From an uncultured Verrucomicrobiae bacterium (lineage in GTDB: Bacteria > Verrucomicrobiota > Verrucomicrobiia > Chthoniobacterales > JAATET01): 64,000 nucleotides of DNA. The stretch spans positions 128,001-192,000 of the forward strand of contig CAVRCI010000007.1 of assembly GCA_963719495.1 (NCBI GenBank). The letters are read 5' to 3'. The translations under genes and the position numbers were made by a program. Under the pieces are notes generated by a model that saw nothing but the letters and a program-made list of their open reading frames with translations, searched no databases and was not told where the DNA came from. Position 1 is the stretch's first letter. Every line of letters begins with the position of its first letter. Below, one piece after another: positions 38,550 through 48,921 of this stretch.

Positions 38550-39884
38550 GTGAAATTTCTCCGTCCCGCGCTTCATTCGATCCTGGCAGCCAGCGCCCTC
38601 GGATTCGCTCCCGGCCTCCGCGCCGCCACGTTCGAATCCATCGAGTTACTCGGCTTCGAACTCCCGAAGGAAAACGCCTTCGTGACCGCCAAGGCCAGCA
38701 GCGACACCTGTTACGGTATCTTCGTCCTGCTCCAAGGCCAGGACACCAGCGGCCAAGCCATCGAAGGCGTCGGCGAGATCCTACCCCGCACCCTCATGAC
38801 CAACGAGTCCCTCGCCGATTCCTGGGCCGGAGCCGAGGCCATGCGCAACGAGCTGCTCGACGCCACCTTCGACGGCAGCACTCCCGCCGAGGATGTCGCG
38901 ACCGCCGAGACGCTCATGGCCTCACTCCGCGAGATTGCCGCCGACGAAACCCTCACGTGGAAGAATCCGCCGCCAGCCGACCAGCAGCTCCGGGCCACCC
39001 TCGCCGGGTTCGACATGGCGCTCCTCGATTTCATCGGAAAGAAGCACAACGTCCCTCTCTACGAACTCCTCGGCGGCCAGCGCCGGGACAGCGTCACCCT
39101 CGCCGCCATCACCTTCAGCGCCAACGTTGAAGCCGAAGCACTCGCCGAAAAGGCCCGCGGCCTCCGCTCCGACTACCCCGCCATCCGCATCAAGCTAGGC
39201 CTCGATCCCGACGCCGACCTCGACCGCCTGCAGGCCGTCACCCGCGTCCTCGTCGAGCAGGATCAAGATCGAGCCCTCTGGGTCGACATGAACAAATCCT
39301 GGGAGGACCTCCCCCAGGCCACCGAAGAACTCGCCCGCATCCGCCAAATGCTCCGCGACGAAAAATTCACCGCCCGCTTCATCTGCGAAGCGCCCATGAA
39401 GGACACCCGCACCGAGAGCCTCGCCGCCCTCACGACGGAACTCCGCGGCTGGGCCAAGTCCGATCCGTTCCAGATGCTCATTATGGCCGACGAGGGACTT
39501 TGGGACCTCGCGGCCATCCAAAAAATCGCCGCCCTCGACGCCGCCGACATGGTCAACATCAAGATCCAGAAATCCGGCGGCCTCCTCGAAGCCATGCGCA
39601 TGGGCCGCTACCTCGAGGAAAACGCCCCCCAGATCGGCATCTACATCGGCGGTCTCGTCATGACCGATCTCTGTGCCCGCGCAAATCTCCACCTCGCCAT
39701 CGCCATGCCGGAGCTCACCTTCGTCACCGGCTGCCTCCCCCGCGACGACTTCCCGATTCAACCCAGCACGAATCCACTCGCCTTCGTCGACGGCCGCGAC
39801 CTCGCCGCCCCCACCGGACCCGGCCTCGACACCGGCCTCGATCGCGAAGCCCTCCAACCCTTCATCAACAAAACCATCCCCTAA
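38550..39884 (+). CDS. Secreted enolase-superfamily (MR/MLE, dipeptide-epimerase-like) protein
   Basis: Signal peptide; DMALLD, PLYELLGG, IRIKLG, VDMN, EAP, ADE, NIKIQKSGG. Confidence 0.85.
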   Translation: MKFLRPALHSILAASALGFAPGLRAATFESIELLGFELPKENAFVTAKASSDTCYGIFVLLQGQDTSGQAIEGVGEILPRTLMTNESLADSWAGAEAMRNELLDATFDGSTPAEDVATAETLMASLREIAADETLTWKNPPPADQQLRATLAGFDMALLDFIGKKHNVPLYELLGGQRRDSVTLAAITFSANVEAEALAEKARGLRSDYPAIRIKLGLDPDADLDRLQAVTRVLVEQDQDRALWVDMNKSWEDLPQATEELARIRQMLRDEKFTARFICEAPMKDTRTESLAALTTELRGWAKSDPFQMLIMADEGLWDLAAIQKIAALDAADMVNIKIQKSGGLLEAMRMGRYLEENAPQIGIYIGGLVMTDLCARANLHLAIAMPELTFVTGCLPRDDFPIQPSTNPLAFVDGRDLAAPTGPGLDTGLDREALQPFINKTIP

Positions 39885-39888
39885 TCCC

Positions 39889-40929
39889 ATGATCAAAGTC
39901 GCCCAATTCGGCCTCGGCCCCATCGGCCAGCACTGCATCCACCTCCTCGCCAATCAGCCCTGGTGCGAAATCGTCGGCGGCGTCGACATCGACCCCGCCC
40001 GCGCCGATCGGCCCCTCGCCGACGTCTGCGGACTCCCGGGCGAATCCCTCGGTCGAGTCCACACCTCCTTCGACGAACTCTGGGACGACTGCCAACCCGA
40101 TGCCATTCTGCACACGGCTGGATCCCGCGCCGCCGTCTCGTTCGAGCAGTGCCGCCCGATGCTCGAACGCGGACTCGCCATCGTCAGCTCCTGCGAGGAG
40201 CTCCTCTTCCCGCTCCACCGCGCTCCCGAACTCACCGCCGAGATCGACGCGCTCTGCCAGGACTCCGGCGGCCGCATTCTGGGCACCGGCGTCAACCCCG
40301 GCTTCGTCCTCGACTACCTGCCCGTTGCCCTTTCGGGCGTCTGCCGGACGGTCAGCGGCGTTTACGGCAAGCGCGTCGTCAACGCGACGCTCCGCCGCGA
40401 GCCGCTCCAGCGCAAGATTGGCAGCGGTCTCTCGCCCGATGCTTTCCGTGCGCTTTGGACGGACGGGAAAGCCGGCCATGCCGGTTTCCAGGAATCGCTC
40501 CTCCTGCTCGCCCACGCGTTCGGCTGGGTCATCACCGACGTCCACGAGACCCTCGATCCCGTCGTTGCCGAGCGCGACATCCGGACCGACTTCTTCACCG
40601 TCGCGGCGGGCCAGACCCGCGGCCTGCACCAGATCGTTCAAGCCGAGTCCCTCGAAGGCCACCGCATCGAACTCGATCTCACCATGGCCCTCGACGAACC
40701 CGACGCGCACGATTACGTCCGCCTCGACAGCGACCCACCAATTGAGTGCCGCATCGAAGGCGGCGTCTCGGGTGATAAAGCCACCGTGGCGTCCGTCGTC
40801 AACGCGCTGCCCCGTCTGCTCCAGACCGCGCCCGGCGTCCGCCTCGTCACCGACCTTCCCGCCGCCAGCCGCCCGTTCGGCACGCAAACCGCTCACACCC
40901 CCGCCCAACCACAAACCCAAGCCACCTAA
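39889..40929 (+). CDS. NAD(P)-dependent amine/amino-acid dehydrogenase (2,4-diaminopentanoate dehydrogenase/DapB-like)
   Basis: GLGPIG Rossmann motif, SSCEEL, GTGVNPGFVLD, LQRKIGSG, GDKAT; start ATG 39889. Confidence 0.82.
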   Translation: MIKVAQFGLGPIGQHCIHLLANQPWCEIVGGVDIDPARADRPLADVCGLPGESLGRVHTSFDELWDDCQPDAILHTAGSRAAVSFEQCRPMLERGLAIVSSCEELLFPLHRAPELTAEIDALCQDSGGRILGTGVNPGFVLDYLPVALSGVCRTVSGVYGKRVVNATLRREPLQRKIGSGLSPDAFRALWTDGKAGHAGFQESLLLLAHAFGWVITDVHETLDPVVAERDIRTDFFTVAAGQTRGLHQIVQAESLEGHRIELDLTMALDEPDAHDYVRLDSDPPIECRIEGGVSGDKATVASVVNALPRLLQTAPGVRLVTDLPAASRPFGTQTAHTPAQPQTQAT

Positions 40930-40932
40930 ACC

Positions 40933-41736
40933 ATGAAAAAAACCACCATCACCTCATTCCGGCTCGCGACCCTCGGGATCGCACTGCTTGCCTCCGCAAC
41001 GAACTCGAAAGCCCAAATCCTTTACGGCACCTCGGGATCGACCTACACCGAAAATTTCAGCAGTGGACTCCCCGCGACGGGAAATGTTGACTGGGACGAC
41101 AACTCGACGTTTGCAGGATTTTACGCTTATCAGAGCGCAACGTCGGCAGCCCCCGAGGAATATCGAAAGACCAGCAGCGGAGACTCGACGCTGGCCAATC
41201 TTTTTCAGTGGCGCCCCGCAAGTTCGACTGACGGCGCACTCGGCACAAAACCCAATGACTCGACTGGGACCATTGCCACCGGCGTGCGCTTCACGAACAC
41301 CACCGGACTCACGCTGACGCAATTTAGCCTCGGTTACACGGGCGAGCAGTGGTTCAGCAGCAACGCCAACCAGAACAACCAGCTTGTTGTTGCCTACCAA
41401 CTCGGAAGTCCGGCCAACTTGCTGGACGGAACGTGGACGACGATTCCCGCGTTGCAATTCAGCAGCATCTTCAACGATGGCACGGTGCGAAATCTCGATG
41501 GCTCCCTGCCCGCCAACCAGACTGTCTTAAGTCCAGTTACTGTCAGCGGATTCAGTTGGGCCAACGGCACCGACCTTTACATTCGCTGGTTCGACGCCAA
41601 CAGCGCCGGTGCCGATCAAGGCCTCGCCATCGACGACGTGAACTTTACCGCCGTCCCGGAGCCTTCGACCTACGCGCTGCTCATCGCGGGAGGAATCATC
41701 CTCATTGCCTTCCGCCGCCGCGCAGCTCGGGCTTAG
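40933..41736 (+). CDS. PEP-CTERM sorting-domain protein
   Basis: Signal peptide; VPEPSTYALLIAGGIILIAFRRR. Confidence 0.93.
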   Translation: MKKTTITSFRLATLGIALLASATNSKAQILYGTSGSTYTENFSSGLPATGNVDWDDNSTFAGFYAYQSATSAAPEEYRKTSSGDSTLANLFQWRPASSTDGALGTKPNDSTGTIATGVRFTNTTGLTLTQFSLGYTGEQWFSSNANQNNQLVVAYQLGSPANLLDGTWTTIPALQFSSIFNDGTVRNLDGSLPANQTVLSPVTVSGFSWANGTDLYIRWFDANSAGADQGLAIDDVNFTAVPEPSTYALLIAGGIILIAFRRRAARA

Positions 41737-41750
41737 TCCACTTCCAACTC

Positions 41751-43439
41751 GTGCCGAGCCCGCCAACGATCCGCATCGCTGGCGGGTTCGGCCTTTTTGT
41801 TGCTCTCTTGCTCGTCGCCTACGGCGGCGGACTCAGCGCAACCCGCACGTGGACCGTCCAGTCGACGCCCAGCGTGACGGCTCCCGCGGAGGGATCCCTC
41901 GATCCGGCAACTTCCGCGCTCTGGGCGCTGCGGGGTCAGCGCCTGACCATTGAACCCACCGTCCTCGCGGAAACCGTCCAGCCCGACGCCGCCTCGTCGG
42001 CCTACGAAAGTCTCACCGTCTCCTCGCAAATCGGCGCATGGAGCATCCTCCCCGCCGCCACCGCGATTCTCCTCTGTTTTGTCTTCCGCGACCCCGTGGT
42101 CGCGCTCTTCGGCGGAGTCATCGTCGGCGGTCTCGTCCTGCGCACCTACGACATCCCCGGCGACATCCTCATCCCCGCCATCGGCACGCCGACCGGCGCG
42201 ACCATTCTCGTCCTCTACCTTTGGTTCCTGGGCGGACTCTCGGGCGTCTGGGAAAAGACCGGCGCGACTCGCGCCTTCGCGGAATTCGTTTCCACCCGCT
42301 TCGTCCGCGGCTCCCGCTCCGCCCGCTTCGCCGCGTGGACGCTCGGCGTCCTCTTTTTCCAGGGCGGCACCCTCAGCACCGTCCTCGTCGGCACAGCCGT
42401 CCGGCCCGTCGCCGACCGACAACGCATCAGCCACGAGGAGACCGCCTACATCGTCGACAGCACCGCCTCGCCCATCGCCATCCTCCTCCCCTTCAACGCT
42501 TGGCCGATTTACGTCCAAGGACTCATCCTCGTCGTCGGCGTCCCGATCCTCGCCACCGAAACCGGTCGGATCGCGTTCTTCTTTCAATCCATCCCGCTCT
42601 TCCTCTACGCGTGGCTCGCCGTCGGATTCACCCTCCTGCTTTGCTTCGACAAACTCCCGTTTCTCGGTCCGAAATTCCGAGCCGCCATCGCGCGATCCCG
42701 TTCCACCGGCCAACTCGACGCCCCCGGTGCGGAACCGCTCAACACCGTCGCACCCACCGAATCGAGCGCCCCCGCCGACTACCGCGCCTCGCCTTGGGAA
42801 TTCTTCGCGCCACTTCTCATCCTCATCGGCATCTCCATCGGCACGTTCTTCGCGCTCGGATCCCCGAAGGTTCTCTGGGCCTTCGGTGCCGCGCTGATGG
42901 CGACCATTTTCACGGCCCTCGTCCGCGGCCTCTCGCTTCGCGAAACGATGGCCGGCGTGTCGTCCGGAATCCAAGGCGTCGTCTACGGCTCGGTCGTCCT
43001 CCTGCTCGCCGTCGCGATCGGCTACGTCGCTCGCGAAACCGGCGGTGCCCTCTACCTCGCCGAACTCCTCGGCGACCGCATCCCGCTCTGGCTGCTGCCC
43101 GCCGGCCTCTTCGTCCTCTCCGCCGTCGTCGCCTTTTCGACCGGCACGAGCTGGGGCACCTTCGCCGTCACGCTGCCGCTTTGCCTCCCGCTCGCGTGGT
43201 CCCTCGCCAACGCCGCCGACGCGGCGCACCCGATTTTTTTTCTCCACCTCAGCTTCGCCGCCGCCGTCAACGGCAGCATTTTCGGCGACCAGTGCTCGCC
43301 CATCTCGGACACCACTGTCCTCTCCTGCGTCAGCACCGGCTGCGACCTCATGGACCACGTCCGCACCCAGATCATCCCCTGCCTGACCGCCGGAGTCATC
43401 GCCTGCGCGATCTGGACCGCCCTTGCCCTCCTGGCGTAA
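41751..43439 (+). CDS. NhaC-family (Na+/H+ antiporter-like) transporter
   Basis: AYIVDSTASP, AFSTGTSWGTF, FGDQCSPISDTT, DHVRTQ; GTG start inferred. Confidence 0.88.
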   Translation: MPSPPTIRIAGGFGLFVALLLVAYGGGLSATRTWTVQSTPSVTAPAEGSLDPATSALWALRGQRLTIEPTVLAETVQPDAASSAYESLTVSSQIGAWSILPAATAILLCFVFRDPVVALFGGVIVGGLVLRTYDIPGDILIPAIGTPTGATILVLYLWFLGGLSGVWEKTGATRAFAEFVSTRFVRGSRSARFAAWTLGVLFFQGGTLSTVLVGTAVRPVADRQRISHEETAYIVDSTASPIAILLPFNAWPIYVQGLILVVGVPILATETGRIAFFFQSIPLFLYAWLAVGFTLLLCFDKLPFLGPKFRAAIARSRSTGQLDAPGAEPLNTVAPTESSAPADYRASPWEFFAPLLILIGISIGTFFALGSPKVLWAFGAALMATIFTALVRGLSLRETMAGVSSGIQGVVYGSVVLLLAVAIGYVARETGGALYLAELLGDRIPLWLLPAGLFVLSAVVAFSTGTSWGTFAVTLPLCLPLAWSLANAADAAHPIFFLHLSFAAAVNGSIFGDQCSPISDTTVLSCVSTGCDLMDHVRTQIIPCLTAGVIACAIWTALALLA

Positions 43440-44103
43440 TCCCCGCCACCGCCCGAGCGATCTCCACCGCGCCGGGAGAATCGGCGTGAACGCAGACCGT
43501 CCGCGCCCCCAGCCACCCCGTCCGCTGCCACTCCGCCACCCGCCGCACGATGGCATCCACGTCCTCGATCAAATCACCCTCCATTCCCCGCGGCACCAAC
43601 CTCCCGTCCGCCCCGTAACCCCGCTCCGCAAACACCTCCCCCCAGGCCTCGACCCCCATCTCACCCGCCACCCGCTCGACCACCCCTCCCGCCAACGAAA
43701 AAATCCGCACGCCCGGAAACCGCTCCCGCATCACCGCGCAATACCGTTCCGCCAAATCCACCCTCCGCTCCACCGCGTGATAAAGCCCACCGTGCAGCTT
43801 CACGTGGTGCAGCTCCGACCCCACGACCGCCACCAACCTCCCCACCTGCTCGACCACCAATTCCTCCAACGCATCCCCATCCACATCCACCGCCCCGCGC
43901 CCAAACTCGCCCGCCACCCCCGGATGCGCCCCAATCAATACCCCAAACTCCCGCGCCAACTCCACCGCCACCCGCATCGTCTCCGCCGAGCCCGCGTGCC
44001 CACCGCAAGCCACGTTCGCCGCCCCGATCACCGCCATGAGTTCCCGCGTCCGCTCGAACGGCTCCCCCTCCCCCAGATCCGCGTTGAGGACGAGCGCACT
44101 CAT
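43396..44103 (-). CDS. pxpA: 5-oxoprolinase subunit A (LamB/YcsF family)
   Basis: LNADLGE, ANVACGGHAG, GAHPG, HVKLHGGLY, TVCVHAD. Confidence 0.9.
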   Translation of the reverse strand: MSALVLNADLGEGEPFERTRELMAVIGAANVACGGHAGSAETMRVAVELAREFGVLIGAHPGVAGEFGRGAVDVDGDALEELVVEQVGRLVAVVGSELHHVKLHGGLYHAVERRVDLAERYCAVMRERFPGVRIFSLAGGVVERVAGEMGVEAWGEVFAERGYGADGRLVPRGMEGDLIEDVDAIVRRVAEWQRTGWLGARTVCVHADSPGAVEIARAVAGITPGGQGRSRSRRR

Positions 44104-44948
44104 CCGCACATCGAAAACCGGAAACCGGAGATCCCCTGCGCCACCCAGTCCAGGGAAGCCGCATCCACCAACCCGATCTTCGGATACCCACCCACCGTCG
44201 GCCCGTCGCGCATCGTCACGATCGGCTGGCCATTCGGCGGCACCTGAATCGACCCGGCCAGCACTGGCTCCGAAATCATCTCGCCCTTCGGCGGCTCCAA
44301 CCGCCCTCCATCCAGCCGATAACCCACCCGGTCACTCCGCGACGAGACCGCCCACTCCGTCTCGAGAAACTCCCGCCGCACGTCCTCGCTGAACTCCCCC
44401 CACTGCGGTCCCGGCCAGACCCGGATCTCCGGCGGCGCCCCATAGTCGCGCCGATCCTCCCACCACGCCCAGGCCCCCGCCGTCCGCCCGTCACCCGCCG
44501 CATCACCCCGACTCGAAAAGACGTCACCAGCCTCCGCGACCCGTCCGATCCCACCCCGTGGATACGCGCTCGCACTCCCAAAAAACCTCGGCACGTCCAG
44601 CCCCCCCGCCACGGCCAAATAGCTCCACAAACCCCGCCGAGCCCGCCGCCACGAAATGGTCTGCCCCGCCCCCACGTCCACCGCGTGCCACGCCTCGACC
44701 TCCGTCCCCGCATCCGCACCCGTCACCGCCACCCGGCAATCCGCCAGCACCCGCACCTCCGCCCCCTGCAGCAAAAACTCCAGCACCGCCGCCCCGTCCG
44801 GATTTCCCACGAGCCGATTCGCCCACACCGCCGCGTGCCGGTCCATCGCTCCCCCCGGCGGCACCCCGAACCGCTTCCACCCCACGCGTCCCAGATCCTG
44901 CACCGAGCACCCCATCCCGACCCGCACCACTTCGAGGACCTCCCTCAC
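44100..44948 (-). CDS. pxpC: 5-oxoprolinase subunit C
   Basis: VQDLGR, GAMD, SDRVGYRL, GSIQVPPNGQPIV, TVGGYPKI; GTG 44948 overlaps the pxpB stop. Confidence 0.9.
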   Translation of the reverse strand: MREVLEVVRVGMGCSVQDLGRVGWKRFGVPPGGAMDRHAAVWANRLVGNPDGAAVLEFLLQGAEVRVLADCRVAVTGADAGTEVEAWHAVDVGAGQTISWRRARRGLWSYLAVAGGLDVPRFFGSASAYPRGGIGRVAEAGDVFSSRGDAAGDGRTAGAWAWWEDRRDYGAPPEIRVWPGPQWGEFSEDVRREFLETEWAVSSRSDRVGYRLDGGRLEPPKGEMISEPVLAGSIQVPPNGQPIVTMRDGPTVGGYPKIGLVDAASLDWVAQGISGFRFSMCG

Positions 44949-45556
44949 GCCCCACCCTCCACGACGAATTCCACCCGGTCGCCCGCCCTCAGCAAAAACG
45001 ACTCGGCCTCCACGTCGAAGAGCGGCACGTCCGTGTGCCCGATCACATTCCACCCGCCCGGACTCGCCACCGAATAGATCCCCGCGTGCGTCCCCCCGAT
45101 CGCCACCGCCCCCGCCGCGATCCGCGCCCGCGGTGCCGCCCGCCGCGGCGTCGCCAACCGCTCATCCAACCCCGTCAGATACGGAAACCCCGGCGAAAAC
45201 CCCAGCATCGCGACCTCGTAGTTTCCCGCGGAGTGAACCCGCACGACCTCCTCGATCGACATCCGCGCCCCCCGGGCCACCACCTCGAGATCCTCGCCAT
45301 CGTAACGCACCGGCATCCTGTGAACCCGTCCCGCCACCCCCTCCCCATCCGCCAGCTTCTCGAAAACCGTCATCAACTCCCTGACCCGATCCGCGACGAC
45401 CACCCCGGGTTCGAACTCCAGCAACACCTGATCGAAAGCCACCGAAAATTCCAGCAATCCATCGACGCCCACACTTTCCAACCAAGCCCCAACCTCCCGC
45501 ATTCCGCCGCCCACCCGCACCAAAGCCGCATCCGGCCCATACGCCACCCAATCCAT
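44945..45556 (-). CDS. pxpB: 5-oxoprolinase subunit B
   Basis: PVRYDGEDL, GFSPGFPYL, GAVAIGG..AGIY...SPGGWNVIG. Confidence 0.9.
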   Translation of the reverse strand: MDWVAYGPDAALVRVGGGMREVGAWLESVGVDGLLEFSVAFDQVLLEFEPGVVVADRVRELMTVFEKLADGEGVAGRVHRMPVRYDGEDLEVVARGARMSIEEVVRVHSAGNYEVAMLGFSPGFPYLTGLDERLATPRRAAPRARIAAGAVAIGGTHAGIYSVASPGGWNVIGHTDVPLFDVEAESFLLRAGDRVEFVVEGGA

Positions 45557-45631
45557 ATCCCCACCCAATCACAAACCCATCTCCCCTTCGAATTCTTTGC
45601 GCCCTTTGCGCCCTTCTGTTAAATCCCCCTC

Positions 45632-46108
45632 ATGGCATTAGCAATCGGCACCCAAGCACCCGAATTCTCCCTCAAGTCCGCCACCGCGGACGGACTCGTC
45701 GACGTCACGCTCGCCGCCCAGCTCGGCAAAAAAGCGACCGTCCTCCTCTTCTTCCCCGCCGCCTTCACCGGCGTCTGCACCACCGAGATGTGCGACGTCA
45801 CCTCCGGCCTCGCCGCCTACACCGACCTCGAGGCCGAGATCATCGCCATCAGCGTCGACACCCCGTTCGCCCAGCAGGCTTGGGCCAAACAGGAAAACAT
45901 CGGCCTCACCCTCGCCAGCGACCTCAACAAGGAAGTCACCAAAGCCTACGACGTCCTGTTCCCCAATCTCATCGGCATCGGCGACACCGCCGCCCGCGCC
46001 GCTTTTGTCATCAACAAGGACGGCAAGATCGTTCACAGCGAGCAGACAGAAACCCCGAAGGACCTCCCTGATTTCGAGAAAATCAAAGCCGCCCTCAGCA
46101 GCCTCTAA
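45632..46108 (+). CDS. Peroxiredoxin (AhpC/TSA family)
   Basis: FFPAAFTGVCTTEMC peroxidatic motif. Confidence 0.9.
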   Translation: MALAIGTQAPEFSLKSATADGLVDVTLAAQLGKKATVLLFFPAAFTGVCTTEMCDVTSGLAAYTDLEAEIIAISVDTPFAQQAWAKQENIGLTLASDLNKEVTKAYDVLFPNLIGIGDTAARAAFVINKDGKIVHSEQTETPKDLPDFEKIKAALSSL

Positions 46109-46114
46109 TCCAAT

Positions 46115-46204
46115 TGTAGCGGCGGTCTATGACCGCCGCTGACCATTTCACCGGACGTTCGAACCCAGACGAGACGACGTCGGCGGTCACAGACCGCCGC
46201 TACA
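46115..46204. repeat. Inverted pair of GTAG-type REP elements (REPIN-like)
   Basis: tGTAGcggcggtctatgaccgccgct ... cggcggtcacagaccgccgCTACa between convergent genes. Confidence 0.85.
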
Positions 46205-46207
46205 AAG

Positions 46208-47230
46208 CTACCCGCTAGCAACCCGCCCCAACGCCGCCACCGGCCCCACACCCAGCGCCCGCACCCGGTCGAAGATCCCGGGCGCCACCTCGCTCCCCGT
46301 CTCGTAACCCTGGAAAATCATCTCCAGCCGCGCGTCCAAATTATCGACGTAGTGCAGCGCAATCGCCTCCGGCGTCTTGGGAAGCACCGGCGACCCGAAT
46401 TCCAGCGTCCCGTGATGCGAAAGCACCAGATGGATCAAATGCAACCGCACCAACTCCGACGAAGGCTCGAGCGCGTCCCACCCGTCCTTCGCAAGTTCGC
46501 GCCACAAGGAATTCACCACCTCGACTCCCACGCTGATGTGACCCATCAGCTCCCCCCGCAAATCCCGCTCCATCGAGAACCCTTCCTCCGGCGGACACGT
46601 CTCCCACAGCTTGCCGCAATCGTGAAAAAGCACACCCGCGGCCAATAGATCCCGGTTGAGCGCCGGATAAGCGTCACAAATCGCCAACGCCGACCGCATC
46701 ATTTGCGCCGTATGCTGCACCAGCCCCCCGCGCCGCGCGTGGTGATTCACCCGCGCCGCCGCCGCCCGGGCAAACCGCACACCGTACGCGTCGAAAAATC
46801 GAAGCCCCAACGCTCGCAACCGCGGATCCCCCAGCCCATCCACGACGTCCCGAATGAAGACGTATTCCCGCTCGACCGCCGCCCGCTCCTCGACCGACCC
46901 CGCGAAGAGCGCCTCCCGATCAGCGCCCGACAGCCGCGACAATTCCCAGCGTCGCGAGTCCAAGCCAAACGAGCCGTTCACGTAAAAATCCCCGTCGACC
47001 GCCACGCAATCCCCAGCCTCCAGCGTTTCGCAAATCCGGAAATTCGGAGAATCCGACCAGACGCGCAGGGTCAACACGTCCGTGGCGTCCCGCAACTTCA
47101 GCTCCCAGAACGGCTTCGCGTTGCTTCCCTCCTTGCGCTTGATCTCCTCGAGCTGCGCGTGCAGCACCGCCGGCACCGAATCCCCCTTCGCCTCGACCCG
47201 AAGCTCCCCAATCGTCCGCCGCTCACTCAT
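46208..47230 (-). CDS. OB-fold + HD-domain 3'-5' exoribonuclease (YhaM-like)
   Basis: HHARRGGLVQHT, FHDCGK, GHI, SHHG.LEFGSP, HYVDNLDA. Confidence 0.88.
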   Translation of the reverse strand: MSERRTIGELRVEAKGDSVPAVLHAQLEEIKRKEGSNAKPFWELKLRDATDVLTLRVWSDSPNFRICETLEAGDCVAVDGDFYVNGSFGLDSRRWELSRLSGADREALFAGSVEERAAVEREYVFIRDVVDGLGDPRLRALGLRFFDAYGVRFARAAAARVNHHARRGGLVQHTAQMMRSALAICDAYPALNRDLLAAGVLFHDCGKLWETCPPEEGFSMERDLRGELMGHISVGVEVVNSLWRELAKDGWDALEPSSELVRLHLIHLVLSHHGTLEFGSPVLPKTPEAIALHYVDNLDARLEMIFQGYETGSEVAPGIFDRVRALGVGPVAALGRVASG

Positions 47231-47457
47231 CCCGGCATCCTGCCGTCCACCGCGACCGAATCAAGACGGAACGGGAAAAGCTCCGCCGGAACGTGACCAC
47301 GATCGGAATGCGCAATCCCTCCCGCTAAGACCAAGCTCTCCCGGACCAAAAACCGAACCCCCAACTTGCAACTCCCCCCAGCCCAGCTATTGGTAAATCC
47401 AGCGCCCGCGCCCACGAGCCACCCGGCTTCGCCAAGCACCGCGCCAATCCGTTTTTC

Positions 47458-48921
47458 ATGCGCAGCACCATCGTCCTGATCGCCCTGGCCCTGGCGGCCA
47501 CTCTTCCCGTCCAATCCGTCGACGCCGCGGCCCCCGAGCTCATCCGCCGCAGCCTCGTCCGCATCCAATCGGTCGGCCAATCCCCCGACTACCGCGTCCC
47601 GTGGAACGCCGGCGGCGTCTCCCAAGGCGTCGGTGCCGGATTCATCATCGACGGTAACCGCATCATCACGAACGCCCACGTCGTCAGCGACCCGCGCTTC
47701 ATTTCCATCACCAAGGACGGCGATCCCCGTCCCTACGAAGCCAAGGTCCTCTTCGTCGCGCACGACTGCGACCTCGCAGTCCTGCAACCCGAGGATCCAG
47801 CCTTCTTCGACGACACGGCCGAACTCGAGCTCGGCGGCATCCCCGACATCGAATCCACCGTCAGCGTCTACGGCTACCCGATCGGCGGCGACCGCCCCTC
47901 CGTCACCCGCGGCATCGTCTCCCGCATCGACTTTCAGGAATACAGCCACTCCGGAGCCGACTCCCACCTCGTCATTCAAATCGACGCCGCCATCAATCCC
48001 GGCAACAGCGGCGGTCCCGTCATGCAGAACGGCAAAGTCGTCGGCGTCGCCTTCCAGGGCTACAGCGGCGACGTCGCGCAGAATACCGGTTACATGATCC
48101 CGACTCCCGTCGTGAAACGCTTCCTCGAAGACATCAAGGACGGCACCTACGACCGCTACGTCGATCTCGCCATCACCTACTCGCCGCTCTTCAACCCAGC
48201 CGCCCGCCGCGCCCTTGGGTTGAAGGACGACAACGTCGGGGTCCTCGTCGGCAGCGTCTTCGGCGGCGGTTCCTCCGACGGCATCGTCCTGCCCGGCGAC
48301 GTCATCACCTCCATCCAGGACCTCCCGGTCGCCATGGACGGCACGGTCGAACTCGAAGGCGGCACCATGCAAATGCCCGAAATCGTCGAGCGCAGCCTCC
48401 GCGGCGACACCGTCCGCCTCGGCGTGCTCCGCGACGGCGAACCACTCGAACTCGAGATCCCCCTCAACGAGCCATTTCCCTACAATCTCTACGCGAGCAC
48501 TTACGACGTCCGGCCCCGCTACGTCCTCTTCGCCGGACTGCTCTTCCAGCCGGTCAACGAGAATTTCCTCTCCGCCTACAGCCTTGGCAACCAACTTACC
48601 CGCTACACCTACGACTTCTTCCTGGCCGAGGATTTTTACAAGGATCATCCCGAGATCATCATTCTCAGCAACGTTCTCTCCGACCCCGTCAACGCCTACG
48701 CCGAAGAATTCCAAGGTGCCATGGTCATCTCGGTCAACGGCAAGAAGATCAAGACGCTCGAAGATCTCTCCAACGCCTTCGCCAAACCCGCCGAAGACTA
48801 CGTCATCGAATTTGCCGGGACCAACCGCCCCCTCGTCCTCGAAGCCAAAGCCGTGGCCGAAGCCCGCGACCGCATCCTTTCCCGCTACGCTGTCCCCAGC
48901 GAATCGAATCTCCAGCCGTGA
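47458..48921 (+). CDS. Deg/HtrA-type serine protease with PDZ domains
   Basis: TNAHVV, CDLAVL and INPGNSGGP catalytic triad. Confidence 0.93.
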   Translation: MRSTIVLIALALAATLPVQSVDAAAPELIRRSLVRIQSVGQSPDYRVPWNAGGVSQGVGAGFIIDGNRIITNAHVVSDPRFISITKDGDPRPYEAKVLFVAHDCDLAVLQPEDPAFFDDTAELELGGIPDIESTVSVYGYPIGGDRPSVTRGIVSRIDFQEYSHSGADSHLVIQIDAAINPGNSGGPVMQNGKVVGVAFQGYSGDVAQNTGYMIPTPVVKRFLEDIKDGTYDRYVDLAITYSPLFNPAARRALGLKDDNVGVLVGSVFGGGSSDGIVLPGDVITSIQDLPVAMDGTVELEGGTMQMPEIVERSLRGDTVRLGVLRDGEPLELEIPLNEPFPYNLYASTYDVRPRYVLFAGLLFQPVNENFLSAYSLGNQLTRYTYDFFLAEDFYKDHPEIIILSNVLSDPVNAYAEEFQGAMVISVNGKKIKTLEDLSNAFAKPAEDYVIEFAGTNRPLVLEAKAVAEARDRILSRYAVPSESNLQP

